Assembly (NCBI GenBank): GCA_963770895.1
Contig: CAVYRF010000002.1
Span: 5,472,001 to 5,536,000 of the forward strand
Source of the DNA: an uncultured Acidobacteriota bacterium
GTDB lineage: Bacteria; Acidobacteriota; Thermoanaerobaculia; Multivoradales; UBA5704
Direction: 5' to 3'
DNA: 64,000 bases
The notes beneath the pieces are model-generated. The model saw only the letters and a list, made by a program, of their open reading frames with translations. It was not told the origin of the DNA and made no database searches. Positions 48,312 to 56,532 of this stretch are shown in pieces (the stretch's first letter is position 1; each line of letters starts with the position of its first letter). The position numbers and the translations under genes are program-made.

Positions 48312-49277
48312 ATGGTCGACCTACCCAAGCTCTTTGATCGCAACTTTGTCATCGGATTTTTTCTCCCGCTTGCAGTATTTTTAGCCGCTGCCGCTTGGTT
48401 CGCCGAAGCTCTTGGTGTATATCGCGGAGGGAAGGCACTTGTAATTGCAAATCCTTTTTTAAGCGGATTTCTTGTGTGGCTAGGCGCTGTTCTCCTTTTA
48501 GGCGTGAATCGCCAGATTGTGCGAGCGCTTGAAGGCTATGGCAGGTACAACCCCATTCGCCTCTGGCACGTAGTCGAAGTGCGACGCTATAAGTCCTTTC
48601 ACAAGAGGCTCGATGATCTCAATGATAGATTTTTTTGCGCCAGCGAGGAAGAGAAGGAACTGATTCGTAGCAAGCGCAGCAAGCTGCTTGCGGTTCTATC
48701 CGAGCGGTTTCCCGGCTCTTTGGAACATGTGCTGCCGACAGCATTTGGAAATGTTCTTAGGGCGTTTGAGTCATATCCGCGAATTATTTATGGGTTTGAG
48801 GGTGTCTGTGGTTGGAGTCGACTCTTGGCTGTCGTTCCGAAGGACTACCGCGACTTAATTGACAGTGCTAGAGCGCAGGTTGATTTTTGGCTGAACGCTT
48901 GGGCTCTATCCTCGTTCTTCTGTTTTGTATCAATAGGTGCAATTGCCAGCTCGCGCGCGTACCGCTTGGCGCCGTTCGCCGCTGGAGCTGCCTTGGTTTG
49001 GTGGATTTCATCTCGCTGTTCGAGGACTGCAGCCGCAGGATGGGGTGAGATGGTTAAGGCAGCCTTCGATGTCTTCTTGCCTACTCTCCGAATACAACTC
49101 GGCTATAAGGAGGAAATGACCCGGGCTGAGGAGCGAGAGCTCTGGGTCGGATTTAGTAACGTAATGACCTTCCGCTTACAAGAGTCACTCCCAGAGGCGC
49201 AGAAATCTCACGAGAAGAAGCCTATTCTGATAGAAAGACTATGGACTTGGCTTAACTCTACTTTGTCAGATTCATAG
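48312..49277 (+). CDS. Uncharacterised multi-pass membrane protein; 3' end runs into the IS
   Basis: About 4 TM segments; LEGY, LPTAFGNVLRAFESYP..YG....WSRL, AAFD motifs; markedly AT-richer than flanks. Confidence 0.8.
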   Translation: MVDLPKLFDRNFVIGFFLPLAVFLAAAAWFAEALGVYRGGKALVIANPFLSGFLVWLGAVLLLGVNRQIVRALEGYGRYNPIRLWHVVEVRRYKSFHKRLDDLNDRFFCASEEEKELIRSKRSKLLAVLSERFPGSLEHVLPTAFGNVLRAFESYPRIIYGFEGVCGWSRLLAVVPKDYRDLIDSARAQVDFWLNAWALSSFFCFVSIGAIASSRAYRLAPFAAGAALVWWISSRCSRTAAAGWGEMVKAAFDVFLPTLRIQLGYKEEMTRAEERELWVGFSNVMTFRLQESLPEAQKSHEKKPILIERLWTWLNSTLSDS

Positions 49278-50420
49278 ACGCGGTGGAGGCCCTGGATTCC
49301 TGTCGGCGATGGGCAGAGTCGATGGCAGCCTGACGTTGGCGGTGCCGGTTCTGGGCTTGACGGATCGACTCTTCGATATCGAGGTCCCGTCGGGGTAGGA
49401 GTCGAGCGAGGAGCAGCTTCACGTCGGTGGCGCTGAGCAGGGGGAGTGCTTCGCTCTGCAACTGTTTTTCTTTCAGAGTGAAGAGCAGCGCCATCATGAC
49501 GAGGGCCATGTGGTGGTACCAGGCTTGCCAGCTTCGCGCCTGGTATTCGTCCATGCCGGCCGCGTTCTTGGCTTCCTGGAAGGTCCGCTCGATCCAGTAG
49601 CGCAGCCGCTGCATATAGGCCAGTCGCTGCAAAGAGGTCTTCTCGGCGGCATTGGTGAAGCTGTACTTGGTGGTATCAGGCGCCCCGATCTCGCGCGTCA
49701 CGATCACTTGCCAACAGCGGGCCTGCGTTTCCCTGGCTTCACGAACCCAGACGCGGCATCATAATTCGGCGCTCCTCCGGTACTCCCGCCGCTGCGCATC
49801 GAGCCGGATCCTCGACCCATTTCCGCGGCAGATACAGCTCCGCGTCGATCAGGCTGACCCACTTGTCTCGCGCCAGCGCGGCGAAGACTGCCACCTGGCA
49901 GTTATCCGTCCTGCCTTGCAAGCCGAACCACTGCCGAGCTACACCCACCGACCGAGTGCCCTTCTTCGCAAAGCAGGTTTCGTCGAGCAGAAGGCAGGTG
50001 TCTTGATCACGGCCGAGGAGCGCGCCGACCTCTTGTGCCACCTGGTCCATCACCGCCCGCGCATCCCACGGCGAGTGAGCCAGAAAGTGATGCAGCGCCT
50101 GAGCGTCGGTGCCAGGCACCACCTCCGCCATCCGCTGAACGTTTCGCTTCGCAGCCTGCACCAAACCGCTCAGATACGCCCGTGCTTGCAGGTTCACCTC
50201 TCGGGTCCGCAGGCGAAAAAGAAGCGCAAATCCCTGCTGAAAAGCCAGGAATCGCGCTCCCAGCTCTTGCAGGGGAGCTGGCGCATGGCGCCTCTTCTTC
50301 TGACTACGGTCCTTTGAGGGGGGAAAGCATCTGGCCTCGGCGCAAATTCATACTATCCACGCCAATCCTACGAGCTAACTACCTTGGAATCAAATGCTTC
50401 TGAAGTCTGACAAAGTAGAG
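49256..50420 (-). mobile_element. IS701-family element, diverged copy with 338-bp internal deletion (transposase pseudogene)
   Basis: Same IRs; 1165 bp vs 1503 bp; junction near 49758 lacks the equivalent of 46939-47276. Confidence 0.9.
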
Positions 50421-53090
50421 TTAGAAGCCGACGTAGACGCGCTGGATGCGGGGGCCCAGGCGAGCGAGGAGCTCGTAGGGGATGGTGTTGGCTTGGGCGG
50501 CGACGGATTCGGGGCGGAGGAGGGCGCCGTGGTGGGTGCCGAAGAGGAGGGCTTCGTCGCCGGCGGTGGCGGCGGGGGCGTTGGTGAGGTCGACGACCAG
50601 GGAATCCATCGAGATGCGGCCGAGGATGGGGGCGGGGTGGCCGGCGACCAGGGCGGCGCCGCGGTTGGAGAGGGACCAGGGGATGCCGTCGTGGTAGCCC
50701 AGGGGCAGGATGCCGGCGCGGACGTGGTCGCGATCGACCAGGTAGGTGCCGTTGTAGCCGACGCGGTCGCCGCGGGTGAGGGTGCGCACCTCGGCGATGC
50801 GGGATAGCAGGGTGACGGCGAGCTGGAGGGGCAGGGCCTGGGCGACGGCGGGGGAGGGGTAGAGGCCGTAGAGGCCCAGGCCCAGGCGCACCATGTCGTA
50901 GCGGGCTTGGGGGACGCGGGCGGCGGCGGCGGTGGCGGCGGCGTGGGTGAGCAGGGCGTGGAAGCCGGCGGCAGCCAGGGCGGCGCGCGCGGTGTCGAAG
51001 CGGGCCAGCTGGCGGCGGGTGTCGTCGTCGGCGCCGGGATCGTCGGCGCTGGCCAGGTGGGTCATGACTCCGGTGACGCGCAGGCCGGCGGCGACGGCGG
51101 CGCGGGCCAGCGGGACGGCCTGGTCCGGTGCGACGCCGACGCGGTGCATGCCGGTGTCGAGCTTCAGGTGGACGGTCAGCGGCAGGTCCGCCGGCCGCAG
51201 GGCGCGCGCTGCCGCTGCCAGCGGGGCGACCAGGGCGAAGGAGTAGAGGGCCGGGGTGAGGTCGAAGCGGGCCAGCTTTTCGGCTTCCTCGGCGGTGGGC
51301 AGGGTCACCAGGATGGGCAGGCGGATGCCCGCGCGGCGCAGCTCGGCTCCTTCGTCGGCGGTGGAGACCCCGAGGTGCTCGATGCCCGCTTCGGACAGCC
51401 AGGACGACAGGCGCACCAGGTCGCTGCCGTAGGCGACGGCCTTGACCATCGCCATGATGCGGGTCCGCGGGCCGCAGGCGCGGCGGAAGGCGGCGATGTT
51501 GCCCGCTACCGCGGCCAGGTCGACGATCAGGCGGTTGGGCGCCATCGCATCCACCAGGTCGAGCGCCGCGGCGTCGATGCCGCTGTGGCGCGGCCCCTTG
51601 AGCAGCAGGGTGTCGCCCGGGGCCAGGCGCCGCCGCAGCTCCTGCCGCACCGCGGCGACCGAATCGACAGCCAGCGCTTCGCCCTGCGGATAGGCTTCCA
51701 GGTAGGCCTGGCGGGTCGGCTCCATTTCGCCCGCGGAGGGGGGCGCGGCCAGGGCCTGGGGCTGGACCAGCAGCAGGGTGTCGAAGCGGTATTCGCCGGC
51801 GAGCGCGCCGACGGCGGCGTATTCGGCGGCGGCGCGCTGGCCCAGGTCGCGCATGCCGCCGAAGACGAAGAGCTTGCGGCGGTCCGGACGGGACAGCTCG
51901 GAGGTGGTGCGCAGCGCGGCGCGGACCGAGATCGGATCGGCGCTCACCAGGTCGTTGACCAGCGTGATGCCGCTGGGCGAGCGCCACACCTCCAGCCGGG
52001 TCGGCGGCGGGGCGTAGTCCTGCAGGCTGGCGACGATCTGGTCGTCGCTCACCCCCAGCAGGTGCGCGGCGCCGATCGCCATCATCAGGTCGTCGACGAT
52101 CTCCGCCGAGCGCGTGCGCACCCGCACGCGGTGGCGGGCGCCGGAAGGAAACAGGATCTCCAGCCGCTCGCTGAGGCCGCCGCCGGCGGGCCCGCCGGCC
52201 GGCAACAGGTCCGCCGCGCCGTCGGCGGGGTCCGCGCTGTCTGCGCCATCGGGCAGGCGGCCGGCCAGGCGGGGCAGCAGGGGGTCGTCGGGGTACGGCA
52301 CCAGCCGGCAGGCCAGGTGGGCGGCCTGGGCGGCGATCTCGGGATCGCCGCCCGGCAGCAGCAGCCAGCCGGCCATGGCGGCGAAGAGCGACAGCTTTTC
52401 GCGCGCCAGCTGGGCGCGGCCGGTGAAGGCGGCGATGTGCGCCAGGCCGACGTTGGTCAGGATGCCGCAGTCGGGGGCCAGGATGTCGGCCAGCGTTGCC
52501 ATCTCACCGGGAGCGGAGATACCGGCTTCGAAGACCGCGAGCGGGGTGCCCGGCGGGGCGGCGAGGACGGCCAGCGGCACGCCCAACTGGCTGTTGAAGC
52601 TGCCCGGGCTGGCGGCCACCTGGAACGTGCCGGCCAGCTGGTTGTAAAGCGCATCCTTGACCACCGTCTTGCCGTTGCTGCCGGTGATCGCCACCACCGT
52701 TCCCAGGTGGGCGCGGCGGTACCAGGCCGCCAGGCGTTGCAGTGCGGCGAGCGGCGATGCGACCGCGATCGACGGCAGGCCGGCGACCGCGGGCGTGCCG
52801 GCGGCGACCAGGGCCGCAGCCGCGCCCCCCGCCGCCGCCTGGGCGAGATACGCGTGGCCATCCACCAGCCGCCCCGGCAGCGCCACGAACAGCGACCGCG
52901 GCGCCATCCGGCGCGTATCGATGGCGATCGCTTCGACGCCGGGCCACGCCCCCGGATCGGTCGCGCCCACATCACCGGCATGGCTGGCGCCGACGGCGGC
53001 CGCCGTACCTATCCTCGCGGCATCCCCAGCGGCGGGGCGTAGTGTGCCGCCCACGATTTCCGCCACCTGGTCCGGTGCAAGGCGGATCAT
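50421..53090 (-). CDS. alr: Bifunctional MurF-like ligase / alanine racemase
   Basis: AITGSNGKTVVK, SFNSQLGVP, LLKG; MAMVKAVAYG (PLP Lys), HLKLDTGMHRVG, VGY, GRISMD. Confidence 0.92.
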   Translation of the reverse strand: MIRLAPDQVAEIVGGTLRPAAGDAARIGTAAAVGASHAGDVGATDPGAWPGVEAIAIDTRRMAPRSLFVALPGRLVDGHAYLAQAAAGGAAAALVAAGTPAVAGLPSIAVASPLAALQRLAAWYRRAHLGTVVAITGSNGKTVVKDALYNQLAGTFQVAASPGSFNSQLGVPLAVLAAPPGTPLAVFEAGISAPGEMATLADILAPDCGILTNVGLAHIAAFTGRAQLAREKLSLFAAMAGWLLLPGGDPEIAAQAAHLACRLVPYPDDPLLPRLAGRLPDGADSADPADGAADLLPAGGPAGGGLSERLEILFPSGARHRVRVRTRSAEIVDDLMMAIGAAHLLGVSDDQIVASLQDYAPPPTRLEVWRSPSGITLVNDLVSADPISVRAALRTTSELSRPDRRKLFVFGGMRDLGQRAAAEYAAVGALAGEYRFDTLLLVQPQALAAPPSAGEMEPTRQAYLEAYPQGEALAVDSVAAVRQELRRRLAPGDTLLLKGPRHSGIDAAALDLVDAMAPNRLIVDLAAVAGNIAAFRRACGPRTRIMAMVKAVAYGSDLVRLSSWLSEAGIEHLGVSTADEGAELRRAGIRLPILVTLPTAEEAEKLARFDLTPALYSFALVAPLAAAARALRPADLPLTVHLKLDTGMHRVGVAPDQAVPLARAAVAAGLRVTGVMTHLASADDPGADDDTRRQLARFDTARAALAAAGFHALLTHAAATAAAARVPQARYDMVRLGLGLYGLYPSPAVAQALPLQLAVTLLSRIAEVRTLTRGDRVGYNGTYLVDRDHVRAGILPLGYHDGIPWSLSNRGAALVAGHPAPILGRISMDSLVVDLTNAPAATAGDEALLFGTHHGALLRPESVAAQANTIPYELLARLGPRIQRVYVGF

Positions 53091-53296
53091 GCGCGCATCG
53101 TATCGCGACGGAGGGTTGGGCCAGTCCGCGCCGGGCGCCGCCGCGGCGGGGCCGCGGGGCGGCGCGCCGGCGGGCGGCGCTTTCGTGTCGCGGCTCCAGG
53201 CTGCGCAGCGGGAGACGGTGGGATCGCGCGGTCGCCTACAATACGGGGCGGCGCGAACCCCCGACGGGTGGCGGGTTCGTGGGGAGGAGATCGTCC

Positions 53297-53815
53297 ATGA
53301 CGAAGGGCTTTATCGTCGGTTTTGTGTCCGCGCTGGTGATCCTGATTGGCGGCGGCTACCTGTTTCTGGTCGGCGGCGGGCTGTATGGCGGACAGGACGT
53401 GAAGCCTGGCGGCCTGGAGAAGTGGGGCGCCAGGAGCATGCAGCATGCGACGATGCGCGGGGCCGGCGCGCTGAACAGCCCCTTGCAGCCGACGGACGAC
53501 AACCTGACGGCCGGCATCGCGCTCTACGACCGGCACTGCCGGGTGTGCCATGGCGGGTCGGACGGCGCCGCGTCGTCGATCGCCAAGGGCCTGACGCCGG
53601 AGGCTCCGCAGCTGGCGAAGGACGGCGTCGAAGACGATGCGGTGGGGATCACCTACTGGAAGATCGCCCACGGCATTCGCTTCACCGGCATGCCCGCCTT
53701 CCGCGACAGCCTCAGCGACCAGCAGATGTGGCAGATCGCGCTGTTTGCCGCGCACATGAGCTCGCTGCCCCCCGGTGCGCAGCGTGCGTGGGCGGCGCAG
53801 ACCGCGGCGCCCTGA
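53297..53815 (+). CDS. Membrane-anchored monoheme cytochrome c
   Basis: GGAGGAG SD; N-terminal TM; CRVCH; GIRFTGMPAF. Confidence 0.88.
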   Translation: MTKGFIVGFVSALVILIGGGYLFLVGGGLYGGQDVKPGGLEKWGARSMQHATMRGAGALNSPLQPTDDNLTAGIALYDRHCRVCHGGSDGAASSIAKGLTPEAPQLAKDGVEDDAVGITYWKIAHGIRFTGMPAFRDSLSDQQMWQIALFAAHMSSLPPGAQRAWAAQTAAP

Positions 53816-53901
53816 CCTGTCCGCCGGGGTCGGCGAGCAGCCGAACAGGAGGGCGCCGCGGCTGCTTGCCGCGCCGCGGATTTGTCCCGCGCCTGGGCCC
53901 T

Positions 53902-55473
53902 CTACGGATGCACGACGGAATCGTAGAAGGCGGCGATGTCGGCCTTGAACTGCTGGAGCGACGGCTGGTGGACGTACATCATGTGGCCGGCCTGGTAGTA
54001 CTTGAGGTGGACGTGGGAGCGCAGCTCCGGTTCCAGGCCCAGGTGGTCGAAGGTCGATTCGGTGCCCAGGAAGGGCGTCGCCAGGTCGAAGTAGCCGTTG
54101 AGCGCCAGGACCTGCAGGTTGGGGTTGTAGCCCATGGCGTGGGCCAGGTCCAGGGCGGTGTCGGGGATGGGCAGGGGGAAGGGGAAGCCGGGCGGCCGGT
54201 GCTTGAAATCCCAGCCCATGAAGTCATCGGCGACCGCGGCCTGCACGTTGTAGGTCTTGCCGAGGCCGAATTTCAGCTCGCCGTGCAGGTAGTCGAGCCA
54301 GGCGGCGGTGAAGGCGGCGCTGATGGCGTTGGACTGCGGGTCGTCGTCGGTGGCTTCGGCCAGGCGGTCGAAGGACACGCCCAGGAAGCGGGCGTCCAGC
54401 CGGCCCACGGTCTTGTGCTGCCGGCGCAGCAGCTCCTGGGTGAACTGCGCTTCCCGCACGCGCAGGTTGGCCAGCTTGATGTAGTCGACCGAAAGACCGG
54501 TGTACTGGTGGAGCTTGGCGGCCAGGGCGTCCCTTTCAGCTTCGGTCAGGGTGTCGCCCTTGAGCAGGGCGGTGGCGTACTCGCCCAGGGCGAACCGGCG
54601 CACCTCGGCCAGGAACGGCTCCAGGTCCGCCGGCTGGCTGGGCAGCGCGTGGTGGTACCAGGCGACCGCGGCGAAGGTGGGCAGGAAGTAGACGTACGTC
54701 CTGTCGTTGCCGGGCGACTCGAAGATCGATTCGAAGTCGAGCGCCACCGACACCAGGATGACGCCGTTGAACGCCATGTTTTCGCGGGTCTGCAGGTATT
54801 CGACGACGCCTGCCGAGCGGGTGGTGCCGTAGCTTTCGCCGAGCAGGAACTTGGGTGAGTTCCAGCGCAGGTTGTCGCTGACGTATTGCTTGATGAAGCG
54901 GCCGATCGAATCGATATCCTGATCGGTGCCCCAGAACTCGCTGTCCTTGTGGTCGCCCACGGCGTGGCTCAAGCCGGTGCCGATGGGATCGATCATCACC
55001 AGGTCGGTCTTGTCCAGGATGCTCCAGGCGTTGTCGACCACCTGGTAGGGCGGCGGCGGGGTCGGCCCGGCGTCGCTGGTGACGATGCGTCGCGGGCCCA
55101 AGGCGCCCATGTGCAGCCACAGCGAGGCGGAGCCGGGCCCGCCGTTGTAGGCGAAGGTGACGGGGCGCCTGCCCAGGTCGCGCACGTCGCGCTCGGTGTA
55201 GGCGACGTATTCCATCGCCGCGGTGGGCTTGTCCTTGGCGTCGCGCAGGATGAGCGTGCCGGCGGTGGCGGTGTACTGGACGGTCTTGCCGCCGATCACC
55301 ACGCTGTGCTGGGTGACCGACTGCTCGGGTTTGGGCGCTTCCTGCTGCGCCGGCTTGCTGCCGGCGGCGGCGTCCGGCTTGTCGTCCGCGGCGGTGGCGC
55401 GGGCCGCGCCGGCGCCGGCGGCCAGGGCGGCCACGGTGAGCAGGGCGATCAGACCTGTGGGTGCTTTGTTCAC
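53902..55473 (-). CDS. Secreted serine carboxypeptidase (S10 family)
   Basis: Signal peptide; YNGGPGSAS, IDPIGTGLS, GESYG, GHMMY. Confidence 0.92.
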   Translation of the reverse strand: MNKAPTGLIALLTVAALAAGAGAARATAADDKPDAAAGSKPAQQEAPKPEQSVTQHSVVIGGKTVQYTATAGTLILRDAKDKPTAAMEYVAYTERDVRDLGRRPVTFAYNGGPGSASLWLHMGALGPRRIVTSDAGPTPPPPYQVVDNAWSILDKTDLVMIDPIGTGLSHAVGDHKDSEFWGTDQDIDSIGRFIKQYVSDNLRWNSPKFLLGESYGTTRSAGVVEYLQTRENMAFNGVILVSVALDFESIFESPGNDRTYVYFLPTFAAVAWYHHALPSQPADLEPFLAEVRRFALGEYATALLKGDTLTEAERDALAAKLHQYTGLSVDYIKLANLRVREAQFTQELLRRQHKTVGRLDARFLGVSFDRLAEATDDDPQSNAISAAFTAAWLDYLHGELKFGLGKTYNVQAAVADDFMGWDFKHRPPGFPFPLPIPDTALDLAHAMGYNPNLQVLALNGYFDLATPFLGTESTFDHLGLEPELRSHVHLKYYQAGHMMYVHQPSLQQFKADIAAFYDSVVHP

Positions 55474-55620
55474 GATTCCTCCTTGCGGTGAGAGAGACCA
55501 GCCTGATCCGCCGCCTCGGCACGTGGACGGAGATCCAGCCCTGAAGTACGGCCCGCCCGCGATGGAGGTTGCGCCAGGCGCGGCTCCGGGCGTGGCTGCC
55601 GGGTGCGCCTGCCGGAGCGG

Positions 55621-56532
55621 CTACAGCTGGGGGTCGCGGCCGGTGAGGCGGCGGAACGCTTCGACGTAGCGGTCCTGGGTGCCGCGCACGACGTCGGGCG
55701 GCAGCTCGGGAGGGGCGGACTGGTGGTCCCAGGTGGTGGAGTCGAGCCAGTTGCGGACGAACTGCTTGTCGAAGGAGACCGGCTCGGTGCCGGGCTGCCA
55801 GTGGGCGGCGTCCCAATAGCGCGACGAATCCGGCGTGAGGGCTTCGTCGATCAGCAGCACCAGACCGTCGGACAGCAGGCCGAACTCGAACTTGGTGTCG
55901 GCCAGGATCAGGCCGGATTGCGCGGCCAGCGTCGCGGCGCGCCCGTAGAGCTCCAGGGTGAGGGTGCGCAGACGGGCGGCCAGCGGATCGCCGGCGCCGG
56001 CGGCCATGGTGGCAAAGTCGATGTTTTCATCGTGGCCGACGTCGGCCTTGGTGGCGGGGGTGAACAGCGGCTGCGGCAGGCGGCTGGCGAGGGCCAGGCC
56101 GGGGGGCAGCGCGATGCCGCAGACGGCGCCGTCGCGGCGGTACTCGCGATAGCCGCTGCCGGCCAGGTACCCGCGCGCCACGCATTCGAACGGCACCACC
56201 TGGGTTTTGCGCACCAGCACGGCGCGCCCCGCGAGCAGCGCGGCGTGCGGGCGCAGCGCGGCGGGGAAGTCGGCCGGGTCGGTCGCCAGCAGGTGGTGCG
56301 GCGCCAGGTCGGCCAGGCGCTCGAACCAGAAGCTGGACAGCTGGGTGAGGATCTTGCCCTTGCCGGGGATGGCGGGGCGCAGCACGTAGTCGTAGGCGGA
56401 CAGGCGGTCGCTGGCCACCAGCAGCAGGACGTCGCCCAGGTCGTAGACGTCGCGCACCTTGCCGCGGCGCGGCGGCGGCAGCCCCGGCAGGTCGGTGCTC
56501 CACACCGCTCCGGCGTCCGAGGTGGCGGTCAT
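55621..56532 (-). CDS. purC: SAICAR synthetase
   Basis: GKVRDVY, SDRLSAYD, ECVARGYLAGS, ADTKFEFG, TPDSSRYW, SFDKQFVR. Confidence 0.96.
   Translation of the reverse strand: MTATSDAGAVWSTDLPGLPPPRRGKVRDVYDLGDVLLLVASDRLSAYDYVLRPAIPGKGKILTQLSSFWFERLADLAPHHLLATDPADFPAALRPHAALLAGRAVLVRKTQVVPFECVARGYLAGSGYREYRRDGAVCGIALPPGLALASRLPQPLFTPATKADVGHDENIDFATMAAGAGDPLAARLRTLTLELYGRAATLAAQSGLILADTKFEFGLLSDGLVLLIDEALTPDSSRYWDAAHWQPGTEPVSFDKQFVRNWLDSTTWDHQSAPPELPPDVVRGTQDRYVEAFRRLTGRDPQL

Larger units (their letters stand above)
46433..50420. mobile_element. Putative composite unit bounded by two directly oriented IS701 copies
   Basis: TTAG flanks both outer ends (46429-46432, 50421-50424); inner flanks differ (TCAA, TTAA). 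Confidence 0.6.

Noticed and set aside
42630-49255. Integron cassette array
   Set aside because: No integrase and no convincing attC (RYYYAAC...GTTRRRY) pairs seen; genes are not uniformly oriented
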